Shown here: piece after piece, positions 18,023 to 28,487 of the stretch
How positions within the stretch are numbered: position 1 is the stretch's first letter
Layout of the letters: every line of letters starts with the position of its first letter
Assembly: GCA_963722305.1 (NCBI GenBank)
Contig: CAVRKE010000002.1
Location: forward strand, 586,678-650,677
Direction of reading: 5' to 3'
Length of the DNA stretch: 64,000 nucleotides
From: Candidatus Levyibacteriota bacterium
Lineage (GTDB): Bacteria; Patescibacteriota; Microgenomatia; Levybacterales; UBA12049
Notes under the pieces: model-generated
The model's input: only the letters and a program-made list of their open reading frames with translations
Told to the model about the DNA's origin: nothing
Databases searched by the model: none
Made by a program: the position numbers and the translations under genes

Positions 18023-19885
18023 ATGGCAAGCCTAGGCAAACCTAAAAAAGTCAGACATTTTAAGTTGAAGATGAAATTGTCGTGGAAGAATTTAATTCTT
18101 TACGCCTTTTTGATTATTTTTACCGGATTTGTTCTGCTGGGAATTAGTGCTCCGTCAGGTACCTCTTTACAAAGCAATAATACCAAAACAGTACCTTTAT
18201 CTCAGCTTATTGCCGATGTCAAACAGGGGAAGGTGTCCGAGATCGACGTTTCCTCGAATAAAATTGACGCGACTGAAAAATCAGTAACACTAGAGAGTTT
18301 CAAGGAAACGGACGCCGATGTCTACCAGCTGTTTAAAAACGCTAACGTTTCTTTAGGAAATACAAAAGTGGTTATTAAAGACGACACCACTTTAAATAAT
18401 TGGATTAATATTCTATCCGGAGTGTTGCCGATTGTGCTAATGATTGCCTTTTTCTACTTTATTTTTCGCCAGGCCAGGGGAGCGCAGGAAAGCGTGTTTT
18501 CCTTCGGTCAGTCAAAAGCTAAGCTCTACAACAAAGATACCCCGAAAGTTTCTTTTAAAGATGTGGCCGGAGTTGACGAAGCCAAACAGGAGTTAACCGA
18601 AGTGGTCGACTTTTTGAAAAATCCGGGGAAATATAAGGCGATGGGAGCGAGAACCCCCAAAGGCGTGTTAATGATTGGCCCGTCCGGTACCGGAAAAACA
18701 CTGTTGGCCAGAGCGACTGCCGGAGAAGCAGGGGTGCCGTTTTTCTCCATGGCGGGCTCGGAGTTTATGGAAATGCTGGTCGGAGTCGGCGCGTCAAGAG
18801 TTCGAGATTTGTTTAACACTGCCAAAAAAGCCCAACCGGCAATTATTTTTATTGATGAGGTTGATGCCATCGGCCGGCAAAGAGGTTATGGCTTAATGGG
18901 TGGACATGACGAAAGGGAACAGACTCTCAACCAGATTCTGGTGGAAATGGACGGTTTTGCACCGACCGAACAATTGGTGGTGATTGCCGCTACCAACCGC
19001 CCGGATGTTTTGGATCCGGCGCTGGTTAGGCCGGGCAGGTTTGACAGGCGCGTGGCCTTGGAGCTACCGGACGTCAAAGGTCGTGAGGCAATTCTCTCCA
19101 TCCATGCCAGAGGCAAGCCGTTTGAAAAAAACGTTGAGTGGGTAAAAATTGCCAAACGAACAGTGGGATTTTCGGGCGCGGATTTGGAAAACATGTTAAA
19201 TGAAGCAGCAATTTTGGCGGCGCGCTTGGGTAAAAAAGCGATTGACATGAAAGATTTGGAAGAGGCGGCCACTAAAGTCAAACTCGGCCCGGAAAAAAAG
19301 AGGTTGCAATCCGACGAAGACCGCAAAATGACCGCTTATCATGAGGCCGGACACGCCTTGGTTTCTTGGTTTATGCCGCACATGGATCCGGTGCACCGTA
19401 TTTCCATCGTTTCCCGCGGCATGTCTTTAGGGCACACGATGATGGAGCCGATGGACCGCGTGCATGAAACCAAAACCCATTTGGTCGAACAGATTTCGGT
19501 GATGCTTGGTGGAAGAGCGGCGGAGAGTTTGGTTTTTAACGAAGTCACAACCGGTGCCTCCGATGATATTGCCAAAGCCACCGAGGTTGCCAAGATGATG
19601 GTAACCGAATACGGCATGAGCGAATTAGGCCCGATCAGCCTGGAAAGTGACAGTAGAATGCCTTACGAACAACCGCAGGTTTCGGAAGACATGTCGGCTA
19701 AAATTGATTCACAGGTCAAGAAAATAACGGATGAAGGTTATAGGCAAGCTTTGGAAATTTTGAAGAAAGTAAGAGGGAAATTAGACATTTTGGCCGAAGA
19801 GCTTTTGCAAAAAGAAACTTTGGAGTCAGAACAGTTCGAAAAATTAATTGGGCCAAAACCGGCCACTGTCCCCGTCAAGGCTTAA
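18023..19885 (+). CDS. ftsH: ATP-dependent zinc metalloprotease FtsH
   Basis: TM helices. AAA Walker [12 protein letters not shown] region. Zinc-binding HEAGHA motif. Confidence 0.9.
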   Translation: MASLGKPKKVRHFKLKMKLSWKNLILYAFLIIFTGFVLLGISAPSGTSLQSNNTKTVPLSQLIADVKQGKVSEIDVSSNKIDATEKSVTLESFKETDADVYQLFKNANVSLGNTKVVIKDDTTLNNWINILSGVLPIVLMIAFFYFIFRQARGAQESVFSFGQSKAKLYNKDTPKVSFKDVAGVDEAKQELTEVVDFLKNPGKYKAMGARTPKGVLMIGPSGTGKTLLARATAGEAGVPFFSMAGSEFMEMLVGVGASRVRDLFNTAKKAQPAIIFIDEVDAIGRQRGYGLMGGHDEREQTLNQILVEMDGFAPTEQLVVIAATNRPDVLDPALVRPGRFDRRVALELPDVKGREAILSIHARGKPFEKNVEWVKIAKRTVGFSGADLENMLNEAAILAARLGKKAIDMKDLEEAATKVKLGPEKKRLQSDEDRKMTAYHEAGHALVSWFMPHMDPVHRISIVSRGMSLGHTMMEPMDRVHETKTHLVEQISVMLGGRAAESLVFNEVTTGASDDIAKATEVAKMMVTEYGMSELGPISLESDSRMPYEQPQVSEDMSAKIDSQVKKITDEGYRQALEILKKVRGKLDILAEELLQKETLESEQFEKLIGPKPATVPVKA

Positions 19886-19943
19886 AGGTTCTTCACGTTG
19901 CTTATGATTGACAACAAAATCTTCAATATGAGATTATCAGATT

Positions 19944-20567
19944 GTGAAGAAAGCTGAATTCTCCAAAAAACAAGCAGTCAAATTTGGCTTTACCCTCACC
20001 AGGAAGCACTTCCTATTTTTTCTCGAAATTTTTATCATCGTGGTTTTTTTCACTGCGCTTTCGAGTTCTTTGAGGTTCATCATAAATAGCCAAAAAGAGT
20101 TAGTACTGTATTTGGCAGCTTATCTGATTTTGGCCGTTATTAATTATGTCATTGGCATCGGATTAATAAAAATATCTTTGGAATTTGTAGACGGGAAAAA
20201 ACCAAAGTTTTTAGCCCTTTTTTATTACAAACCAATTGTAAAATACATTTTGGCTTCGGCCGTTCAAGGAATTATTATTTTGTTAGGGTTTATTCTTTTA
20301 ATTATTCCGGGAGTTATTCTGGCAATCAGGCTGCAATACAGCCGCTATTTGGTGGTTGATAAAAACTTAGGTCCCATTGAGGCGGTTAAAACGAGCTGGA
20401 AGATAACCCGCGGCAACACTTGGAACCTTTTCTTTTTCGCAATTTTGCTCGTTTTAATTAATATTTTAGGCATACTTTGCTTTTTAGTCGGGCTGTTTGT
20501 AACAGCGCCTTTAAGCATGCTGGCTTTTACTTTTGTTTACCGAAAACTTCTTAATGTCAGCAAATAG
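19944..20567 (+). CDS. hypothetical integral membrane protein
   Basis: 207 aa with multiple predicted TM helices and no catalytic motif. Confidence 0.4.
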   Translation: MKKAEFSKKQAVKFGFTLTRKHFLFFLEIFIIVVFFTALSSSLRFIINSQKELVLYLAAYLILAVINYVIGIGLIKISLEFVDGKKPKFLALFYYKPIVKYILASAVQGIIILLGFILLIIPGVILAIRLQYSRYLVVDKNLGPIEAVKTSWKITRGNTWNLFFFAILLVLINILGILCFLVGLFVTAPLSMLAFTFVYRKLLNVSK

Positions 20568-20606
20568 TGATTAGCGTCTAGCGTCTAGTTCCTGTATAAT
20601 CAACCC

Positions 20607-21539
20607 ATGAAAAAATTAGTACTAATCGACGGTAACGCCATTATTCACCGCGCTTTTCATGCTCTTCCGCCGCTTACAACTCAAGATGGTACCCCAACCA
20701 ATGCGGTTTACGGATTTTTTATGATGCTTTTAAAGATTATCGAAGACCTCCGTCCCGAATACTTGGTGGTCTGTTTTGATAAAAAAGCGCCGACCTTCCG
20801 GAAACAAATGTATGTCGGATATCAGGCAACCAGACCAAAACCAGCGGATGATTTAGTACCACAGTTTGAGATGGTCCACAAGGCCTTGGATAGCGCCCAC
20901 ATTCAACATTTTGAGATTGACGGATACGAAGCGGATGATTTAATTGGGACGATTTCCAAAGAGGCTAAGCAAAAAGATTTACAGACGATTATTGTTTCCG
21001 GGGACCGGGATTTACTGCAGCTTGTCAATTCCAAAGTTTTGATGCTGGCGCCAATTGTTGGTATGACTAAAATGACGTTATTTGACGAAATAAAGGTGCG
21101 GGAAAAATATAAGTTGGAGCCCTGGCAGATCGTAGATTATAAGGCACTGGTTGGAGACGCGTCGGACAATTACCCCGGCGTTTCCGGAATTGGGCCAAAA
21201 ACCGCCGAAGGGCTTTTAAATAAATATCAAACCCTCGAAGGAATTTACGAGCACCTGGCGGAAATTTCGCCGCAAATTCAGGAAAAATTGGCTGTCGATG
21301 CCGAGCAAGCAGCCCTGGCCAAAAAACTGGCCACAATTGTGCTGGATGCACCGGTGAAACTTGAGGAGACGCAAGCAGAAATAGAAAAAATAGACAAAAA
21401 AGCCCTCAGAAAAGTTTTTCAGAACTTAGGTTTCAAAAGCCTTTTGGGAAGGCTCGAGAAAGAAGTTCGTGTTCAGAATCCTCATGAGCCTAAAGCTGCA
21501 AAAGATAAAGATGACAACGAGCAGATGAACTTATTATGA
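20607..21539 (+). CDS. stand-alone 5'-3' exonuclease (Pol I N-terminal FEN-like domain)
   Basis: LVLIDGNAIIHRAFHALP N-terminus and an H3TH region (YKALVGDASDNYPGVSGIGPKTA). Confidence 0.8.
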   Translation: MKKLVLIDGNAIIHRAFHALPPLTTQDGTPTNAVYGFFMMLLKIIEDLRPEYLVVCFDKKAPTFRKQMYVGYQATRPKPADDLVPQFEMVHKALDSAHIQHFEIDGYEADDLIGTISKEAKQKDLQTIIVSGDRDLLQLVNSKVLMLAPIVGMTKMTLFDEIKVREKYKLEPWQIVDYKALVGDASDNYPGVSGIGPKTAEGLLNKYQTLEGIYEHLAEISPQIQEKLAVDAEQAALAKKLATIVLDAPVKLEETQAEIEKIDKKALRKVFQNLGFKSLLGRLEKEVRVQNPHEPKAAKDKDDNEQMNLL

Positions 21540-22222
21540 AAGTCTTAAGAAAAGACGGACTGAAATATCTTGACGAAGGAAAAGGCGAAGTGCTTCTTTT
21601 TTTCCATGGTTGGGGAGTCAGCCCCTTTTCCTGCCAGAATTTAATTAATGTTTTAGCCTCAAAATACCGGGTGGTTGCGCCATTTTTTCGGTCCTTTAAT
21701 AATTTTGAGAATGACGAGAAAGTCATCAAAGAACTAATTCCAAATGAAGAAAAAATAATCGTCATCGGACACTCCGCCGGCGGAATTTCGGCCGTAGATT
21801 TCTGCGCACATTTTCCAGAGAAAGTAAAAGCCTTAATTCTAATGGATAGTTTGGGTGCAGTAGTCGATAAAACAATGTCGAAGTGGACGAAGAGGTGGTT
21901 TAAGGAATCATTGGATATTATCATTCGTCCCGATAACCTTTCGGGGACGCTGATTAAAGATTTTTTTTATCAAATCCATGCGCCAAGAAGGCTTTTACGA
22001 GATGCCAGATATATTATCAATAAAGAGGTTAAGTTGACAGCAGATTTTCCGGTTTTAATATTGTGGGGAAAAGAGGATGAATTAATCCCAATCGAAAACG
22101 GCTATAATTTGCAAAAAGTAATTAAGGGAGCAACACTAAAAGTAGTCGAGGGAAACCATTACTGGTTTTTAAAAAAACCGGAATTGTTGATACGTGAACT
22201 GAATGAATTTTTAAAATCATGA
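21536..22222 (+). CDS. alpha/beta hydrolase
   Basis: HGWG oxyanion motif and the GHSAGG nucleophile elbow. Confidence 0.6.
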   Translation: MKVLRKDGLKYLDEGKGEVLLFFHGWGVSPFSCQNLINVLASKYRVVAPFFRSFNNFENDEKVIKELIPNEEKIIVIGHSAGGISAVDFCAHFPEKVKALILMDSLGAVVDKTMSKWTKRWFKESLDIIIRPDNLSGTLIKDFFYQIHAPRRLLRDARYIINKEVKLTADFPVLILWGKEDELIPIENGYNLQKVIKGATLKVVEGNHYWFLKKPELLIRELNEFLKS

Positions 22223-22300
22223 CCCCGCACAAACTTACCTTCTCCCGAGGGCTACGTCCTCGCGTCGAAGGGGCGTTAATACGGGGCAGGAAGTAACTAT

Positions 22301-23458
22301 ATGAAGGTTGCATTGGTACATGATTATATTAAAGAGTACGGCGGGGCGGAAAGAGTGTTGGAAGTCCTAACCGAGATTTTTCCGCAGGCGCCGATTTATA
22401 CAGCGTTTTATAGGCAAAATTCGGAAGCATTTAAGCACTTTAAAGACAAGAAAATCATTGCGTCTTGGGTACAAAATTTCCCCTTTTTTGGAGAGAGACT
22501 TTACAGTCCTTTGCGGTTTTTGACGCCTTTAATTTGGGGCAGTTTTGACCTCTCGGAATATGATTTGGTGATTTCCTCGGCCAGTTGGTATATCAGCAAA
22601 GGTTTCAAAAAGAAAAATGAGAAATTCACGGAGATTTGCTACTGCCATACGCCGCCAAGATGGCTGTATGGATATTCGACGTCGGTTAATTTTCAAAAAT
22701 ACTGGCCGGTTAAAATTTACGCTTTGCTCATCGGCCATTTTCTAAGGCTTTACGACTTTAAACAAGCGCAAAAAGTTGATTATTTTATTGCTAATTCCAA
22801 AGAAGTTCAGTCCCGCATCAAAAAATTCTATCGTCGAGATTCAACAGTAATTTACCCGCCCGCAACGCTTTCGCTTGCGAAGCGGGCGGGCCCGCCGACA
22901 CCGAAAGGTGATTATTACTTCATCGTTTCAAGAATTGTTGGGGCTAAAGGTTTGGATTTGGCGGTGGAGGCGGCACTCAAGAGGGGATTCAAACTCAAAA
23001 TCGCCGGTTCGCCGGCCGGATATTCGTTCGAGCACGATAAATTGGTGAAGAAGGCAAGCTACAGCCCTGAGCGTAAGTCGAATGGGGTCAAATTTTTAGG
23101 TCAGGTCAGTGATGAAGAACTGGCAAAACTTTATAGGGGAGCCAAAGGCTTTTTGGCTCTGTCCCAGGATGAGGATTTTGGCATCACACCTGTAGAAGCA
23201 ATGTTTTGTGGTACACCGGTGATTGCTTTTAACGGCGGTGGATATAAAGAAACAGTGATTGATCCTTCGGCAGGCTCAGGACAAGCTCCAACAGGCGTTT
23301 TATTCAATAATTATTCGGTGGACGGTTTGATTGCGGCAGTCAAAAGGTTCGAAAGTTTAAAATTCAGCTCAGAGGCTTGTGTTGAGCAAGCTAAAAAGTT
23401 TTCTAAAGAAAGATTTATGAAAGAAATTAAGGAGTTTGTAGAAGAGAAAACGCGCTGA
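22301..23458 (+). CDS. glycosyltransferase family 4 (GT1-like)
   Basis: C-terminal GT4 signature (EDFGITPVEAMFCGTPVIA). Confidence 0.75.
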   Translation: MKVALVHDYIKEYGGAERVLEVLTEIFPQAPIYTAFYRQNSEAFKHFKDKKIIASWVQNFPFFGERLYSPLRFLTPLIWGSFDLSEYDLVISSASWYISKGFKKKNEKFTEICYCHTPPRWLYGYSTSVNFQKYWPVKIYALLIGHFLRLYDFKQAQKVDYFIANSKEVQSRIKKFYRRDSTVIYPPATLSLAKRAGPPTPKGDYYFIVSRIVGAKGLDLAVEAALKRGFKLKIAGSPAGYSFEHDKLVKKASYSPERKSNGVKFLGQVSDEELAKLYRGAKGFLALSQDEDFGITPVEAMFCGTPVIAFNGGGYKETVIDPSAGSGQAPTGVLFNNYSVDGLIAAVKRFESLKFSSEACVEQAKKFSKERFMKEIKEFVEEKTR

Positions 23459-23577
23459 GGTCACTTACAGAAAATTTTATCGCTTTCAGCTCAAGAATCC
23501 AAAGAGATACTCCTCAAGTTCGGGAGTTCGAATGAAAGCTCAAAAATTTCGTAAGCTCCCCGCGCTATAATAACAAT

Positions 23578-24444
23578 ATGCCGGAATTACCGGAAGTTGA
23601 AACATTAAAATTGGGTTTAAAAAAATATCTTGTCGGGCACAAAATCGAGGAGATTGAGGTGCGGGTGCCCAAAATTTTCCAAGGCGATGTTCAGAAAGTT
23701 ATTGGTGCCAAAGTCGTCGATATCAAAAGAATCGGTAAGGGTTTGATTATCGAGCTCGATAACGGTTTTGTACTGACTGTTCATTTAAAAATGACCGGGC
23801 AGCTGGTTTTTCAAGATAAAAACACTTCAGGTTCAGTGCTTTCTAAAAAAGTCGGTGGAGAAACACTCCCATCGAAATATTCGCACGTCATTTTCAGTTT
23901 AGATCACGGAGCAAAGCTATATTATAATGACCTGCGGCGTTTTGGTTGGATAAAAGTTGTCAAAAAATCAGATTTGAAGGATGTTGCTTTCTTTAAAGAA
24001 ATGGGGCCGGAACCCAAGGTGGGGAAGGATTTGGCCGGTAAAGAATTAACATCGGAATACTTCAAAAACACTATCCAGAAGGGTAACTTGCCGGTTAAAT
24101 TAATCTTAATGGACCAAAAACGAATCGGCGGAATTGGCAATATCTACGCTAACGATGCTTTGTTCTTGGCAGGAATTGATCCAAGGCGTAAAGGAAAAAC
24201 ACTCACGGATTCAGAACTCGAGAAGCTGTTCAAAGCCGTCCACGAAGTCATTAAGAAAAGCCTAAATTACGGCGGATCATCGGATGAAAATTACGTTAAC
24301 GTCTTAGGGCAGGAAGGTGCTTACCAAAACCACACTCTGGTTTACGGCAAAAAAGGCGAGAAATGCTCAGTTTGTGATGGAATAATCGAAAAAATCCAAC
24401 TCGGCGGTCGCGGCACCTACTTTTGCCCCAGGCATCAGAAATAA
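23578..24444 (+). CDS. mutM: formamidopyrimidine-DNA glycosylase (Fpg/Nei family)
   Basis: N-terminal MPELPEVE, H2TH region and a C-terminal zinc finger CSVCDG...CPRHQ. Confidence 0.85.
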   Translation: MPELPEVETLKLGLKKYLVGHKIEEIEVRVPKIFQGDVQKVIGAKVVDIKRIGKGLIIELDNGFVLTVHLKMTGQLVFQDKNTSGSVLSKKVGGETLPSKYSHVIFSLDHGAKLYYNDLRRFGWIKVVKKSDLKDVAFFKEMGPEPKVGKDLAGKELTSEYFKNTIQKGNLPVKLILMDQKRIGGIGNIYANDALFLAGIDPRRKGKTLTDSELEKLFKAVHEVIKKSLNYGGSSDENYVNVLGQEGAYQNHTLVYGKKGEKCSVCDGIIEKIQLGGRGTYFCPRHQK

Positions 24445-24569
24445 GCCCTGCACTAATTTCAAAACAAGACAATATTTGTAGTAATTTCATGTAAAATTGG
24501 TGCAGGGTAAAGTTTGCTTTTTACTGCGTTTAATGGTAGCATCTAAACTTAGAATTAAAGTTAAAGATT

Positions 24570-25271
24570 ATGGCAGTAAGAGACAGAATTGTGATGTCCA
24601 TCGGAGGCTCCCTCGTCGTCCCCAACGGTGGGATTGACACGAAGTTTCTAATCGAACTGAATAAGTTCATCCGCGAACAACTGGCGAAGAATCCAAACCG
24701 CCAGTTTTTTTTGGTTATTGGAGGTGGCTCAACCGCCGGACATTATATCGATGCGGGGAAAGAAGTAATTGGTGGGGAATTAACCCGTGATGACTTAGAT
24801 TGGCTGGGAATTCATACTACCAAACTCAACGCCCACCTTGTCCGCACCATTTTCCGCGACATTGCCCACCCCTACATTATCAAGCACTACGAAATAATCA
24901 GAAAAGTCACCGAGCCGGTAGTGGTGGCGGCGGGATGGAAGCCGGGTTGGTCAACCGATTACGACGCGGTAATGCTTTGCGAAGATTATGATGTTCGGGA
25001 AGTGGTTAATTTAAGTAATGTCGCCCAGGTTTACGATAAAGACCCGAAAGAACATAAGGATGCCAAGCCAATGGATAAAGTTTCTTGGGCGGATTTTCGA
25101 AAAATGGTCGGAGATGTCTGGGTGCCAAGAATGAATACGCCTTTCGACCCGGTGGCGGCGAAAAAAGCGGAAGAGTTGGGAGTTAAGGTGGCGGTTTTAG
25201 GTGGAGCAGACTTTGATAACATCCGGAAATACTTTAACCACGAAAAATTCGTCGGAACTGTGATAGAATAG
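24570..25271 (+). CDS. pyrH: UMP kinase, archaeal-type (amino acid kinase family)
   Basis: IVMSIGGSLVVP and VIGGGSTAGHYI blocks and the AAGWKPGWSTD...VYDKDPKEHKDAK region align with archaeal-type UMP kinases. Confidence 0.6.
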   Translation: MAVRDRIVMSIGGSLVVPNGGIDTKFLIELNKFIREQLAKNPNRQFFLVIGGGSTAGHYIDAGKEVIGGELTRDDLDWLGIHTTKLNAHLVRTIFRDIAHPYIIKHYEIIRKVTEPVVVAAGWKPGWSTDYDAVMLCEDYDVREVVNLSNVAQVYDKDPKEHKDAKPMDKVSWADFRKMVGDVWVPRMNTPFDPVAAKKAEELGVKVAVLGGADFDNIRKYFNHEKFVGTVIE

Positions 25272-25331
25272 CTTCAAGAAACGTTCGCGCTTAAGGCCTC
25301 CCGCTCAAGCGGGATCTCCGCGCTGAAATTT

Positions 25332-26405
25332 ATGCTCAAGTCAATTTTTTTACAAAATTTTCGCAGTTACCAAAAAATGGAATTTTCTTTCGAAGATATC
25401 AATTTAATTATTGGCCCAAACACTTCCGGCAAAAGTAATTTAATTGAAGCAATCTACCTTTTGTCAACCGGCAAAAGTTTTCGGACCGATAAAGACGCCC
25501 AGATGCTGGCGTTTAGAGAAGAAGTCGGTAGAGTAAAAGGAAAAACGGAAAATCCTTCGACAAGTTCAGGACAGTTGAGCGAGTTGGAAGTTGTACTGAC
25601 AAACGGAATGGTTGGAGGTATCGCCTCACAATATAAAAAATTCTTGGTTAACGGTGTGGCTAAAAGACGGGTCGATTTTGCCGGAAGGCTTTTAAGCGTT
25701 CTTTTTTCGCCTCAGGATTTAGAAATTATTGTTGATTCACCGTCGCTGAGGCGTAATTTCCTGGACGAAATTTTAGAGCAAGTGGATAGAAATTATCGGG
25801 CGGCCAATATCGCTTATGCCAAAGCGCTTAGGCAAAGAAATGCTCTGCTTGAATTAGCGAGGGAAACCGGTAACAGGAACCAAAAACAGCTTGAATATTG
25901 GGATAACCTGGTAATTGAAAACGGCAATGTCATAACGGCCAAAAGGGAAGAATTCGTTAACTTCCTAAACTCAGCGGCAAAAGAGATTTTTGATTTTGTG
26001 GTCGAATACGACAAGAGTCTGATTTCAAAACAGCGGCTTTTGCAGTACAAAAATGAAGAGGTGGCGGCCGGGGTGACTTTGGTCGGGCCGCACAGAGATG
26101 ATTTCTCAATTTTAATGGTAAATAATGCAAAAACGTTGCATGATGTTAAGTTTTATGGTTCGCGCGGCCAACAACGCCTGGCAATTTTGCAGCTGAAAAT
26201 GTTGGAACTTACCTTTATCGAAAAGGTGATGGGCGAAAGACCGCTACTTCTCTTGGATGATATTTTTTCCGAGCTTGACGAGAGCCATATCGTGATGATT
26301 TTGGCAGAAATCGGCAAACAGCAAACAATCATGACCACCACTCACAAAGAATTTATTCCCAAAAACTTGCTAAAATCAATGAGGATAATTAGTTTTGTAA
26401 AATAA
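25332..26405 (+). CDS. recF: DNA replication and repair protein RecF
   Basis: N-terminal FRSY...GPNTSGKSNL Walker A and a C-terminal LLLLDDIFSELD signature/Walker B. Confidence 0.85.
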   Translation: MLKSIFLQNFRSYQKMEFSFEDINLIIGPNTSGKSNLIEAIYLLSTGKSFRTDKDAQMLAFREEVGRVKGKTENPSTSSGQLSELEVVLTNGMVGGIASQYKKFLVNGVAKRRVDFAGRLLSVLFSPQDLEIIVDSPSLRRNFLDEILEQVDRNYRAANIAYAKALRQRNALLELARETGNRNQKQLEYWDNLVIENGNVITAKREEFVNFLNSAAKEIFDFVVEYDKSLISKQRLLQYKNEEVAAGVTLVGPHRDDFSILMVNNAKTLHDVKFYGSRGQQRLAILQLKMLELTFIEKVMGERPLLLLDDIFSELDESHIVMILAEIGKQQTIMTTTHKEFIPKNLLKSMRIISFVK

Positions 26406-26440
26406 ACCCTGCGCTTTTAAAGGTTGCAGGATTTAAAAAT

Positions 26441-27178
26441 ATGATTCAAAACACGCAAAAAGTGCAGGGTAAAAACATTGAATTTAAGGTTCAAAATGAC
26501 ACTTTGCGAGGATCACTGTTTATTCCCGATGGCCAAGGACCGTTTCCGGGAGTAATTTTTTATCACGGTTGGGGTTCAAACAGGAAAAATTATTTACCAA
26601 TGGCAGAAAAGCTGGCTGAAAAAGGTGTTATGGCGCTCGCTTTTGATTTTCGGGGCTGCGGCGAAAGCGGCGGAGAGTTTAAAAATCAAACAAACAGAAT
26701 GGGGATTGAAGACGGCAAAGCGGCTTTAGAATTCTTGCTCGAACAAAACGTAGACAAAGAAAGAGTCGGAATACAAGGGACAAGTTTTGGCGGATACGTC
26801 ACAGGAATGCTTTTGAATTATCCGGAATTCCAGTTTATAAAATCAATCGTTTTAAGAGTGCCGTCGGCTCATTCTGATATAAATTTTGGTGTTAGAGTAG
26901 ATGTTGAAAACGAATATTTTGCTCAAAGGGAAAATTGGATAAACTCAGGCTCGTATAGTAGTTTGGCTCAATTTAAAGGTAGCTTGCTAGTTATACGATC
27001 GGAGAACGATCAATTGCTGGCAGAAGAATTGGTTAACAAGTATTATGATGTAGCGGTTAATACTAAGGAAAGGAAACTTTATATTCACAAAAATGCCGGC
27101 CATAGTTTAAGTAATAATCCTAAAGCAATGAAAGAATTTCATGAAGTCACAGTTGATTGGTTTTTAAAAACATTATGA
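26441..27178 (+). CDS. alpha/beta hydrolase (dienelactone hydrolase / peptidase S9-like)
   Basis: HGWG and GTSFGG nucleophile motif. Confidence 0.6.
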   Translation: MIQNTQKVQGKNIEFKVQNDTLRGSLFIPDGQGPFPGVIFYHGWGSNRKNYLPMAEKLAEKGVMALAFDFRGCGESGGEFKNQTNRMGIEDGKAALEFLLEQNVDKERVGIQGTSFGGYVTGMLLNYPEFQFIKSIVLRVPSAHSDINFGVRVDVENEYFAQRENWINSGSYSSLAQFKGSLLVIRSENDQLLAEELVNKYYDVAVNTKERKLYIHKNAGHSLSNNPKAMKEFHEVTVDWFLKTL

Positions 27179-28074
27179 GTCAGTTCAATGTTAACGATTT
27201 AAAAAAACTGTATGTGCCGGCCTCGGATTCGCACAAGGGAGAGAATGGGAAGCTGTTGATTATCGGCGGGTCGGTTCTATTCCACGCTGCCTCACTTTGG
27301 GCTTTGCAAGTTGCCTCAAGAATTGTGGACATGGTTTTTTACTCCTCCGTTCCGGAAAACAACCAGCTGGTGGAAAAAGAAAAAGCGGAATTTCGAAACG
27401 GCATTATTGTGCCAAGAAACAAAATTGACCATTACATCGAAGATGCAGATTGTGTACTAATCGGTCCGGGTCTGCCGCGGGAGAGCGGAGTAGAGAAAGG
27501 CGACGACGATACCAAAGAGATGACAGAGGGTTTATTCCAAAAATACCCCAACAAAAAATGGGTGGTCGACGGAGGTAGCTTACAAGTGATTAAGCCGGAA
27601 ATTATTCCTCATGGGGCAATTTTGACGCCACACCATGGAGAGTTTTCCAAACTCTTTAATTTTCAATTTCCCCGCCTGCCAAAGTCTGGCACTGGCGGGC
27701 AGGCAATTTCTAGTTCTCAATCAAATTCAAATGAACAAATGCCCAAAATTCAAAACAAGGTGTCTGAAATGGCCAAAAAGTTCAATTGCACGATTTTACT
27801 CAAAGGCGAAAAGGATTTAGTTTCAAACGGAACAGATACGGTTCAGATTGCTGGTGGAAATGCGGGGATGACTAAAGGAGGAACAGGAGATGTTTTGGCA
27901 GGACTGGTAGCGGCTTTATACTGCAAAAACGAAGCTTATCTTTCCGCCGCTGTCGCTTCATTCATTAATAAAAAAGCCGGAGAAAGTGTGGCGCAAAAAA
28001 TGGGGATTTACTTCAACGCTTCGGATTTGGCCAACGAAATTCCGGTGGTTATGAAACAGTTATTGGAGAATTAA
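27157..28074 (+). CDS. nnrD: ADP-dependent NAD(P)H-hydrate dehydratase (YjeF C-terminal domain)
   Basis: Carbohydrate-kinase-like YjeF-C signature (GGNAGMTKGGTGDVLAG). Confidence 0.75.
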   Translation: MVFKNIMSQFNVNDLKKLYVPASDSHKGENGKLLIIGGSVLFHAASLWALQVASRIVDMVFYSSVPENNQLVEKEKAEFRNGIIVPRNKIDHYIEDADCVLIGPGLPRESGVEKGDDDTKEMTEGLFQKYPNKKWVVDGGSLQVIKPEIIPHGAILTPHHGEFSKLFNFQFPRLPKSGTGGQAISSSQSNSNEQMPKIQNKVSEMAKKFNCTILLKGEKDLVSNGTDTVQIAGGNAGMTKGGTGDVLAGLVAALYCKNEAYLSAAVASFINKKAGESVAQKMGIYFNASDLANEIPVVMKQLLEN

Positions 28075-28075
28075 G

Positions 28076-28363
28076 CTATTCTCCCTGCAGTCTTTCGGAG
28101 AGTTTGGAGAGCTGGACGGTAATTAAAACCGCCAGAGCAGTAATAATCAAAGCGTAAATTAAGAGCGAAATTATTCCCCCGCCGGCAGGAATCCACTTTT
28201 TGACGTAAGAATTGACAAATTCCTGAATAACGCTGTTCCAGGCCAGTGCGGCGACCAAACCAAAAGCGCTGGTCGATAAAGTGACCATTTGCTTGACGAT
28301 TTCAACGTGTAGTTTTTGGTCGTCTTTTTTCTTCGCTTTTGGCATATCTGGATTATAGCACAA
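28076..28363 (-). CDS. small membrane protein
   Basis: 95 aa with two hydrophobic helices and a Lys-rich N-terminus. Confidence 0.4.
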   Translation of the reverse strand: MCYNPDMPKAKKKDDQKLHVEIVKQMVTLSTSAFGLVAALAWNSVIQEFVNSYVKKWIPAGGGIISLLIYALIITALAVLITVQLSKLSERLQGE

Positions 28364-28487
28364 GACACAAATACTTAGGGAAAAACTCGGGAATTTTGTT
28401 ATAATAAAAGAGTAATTTTTAATTTTAAATTTGTAATTTTCATTGAATTTGATTAGAAATTAGAAATTAAGAATTAGAAATTTTCTT

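Noticed and set aside
28453-28482. Tandem short repeats (TTAGAAA heptamers, here and at 12065-12090, 35441-35510) were considered as CRISPR arrays.
   Set aside because: The unit is only 7 nt with no unique spacers. There are no cas genes and no regular 25-40 nt repeat/spacer periodicity.
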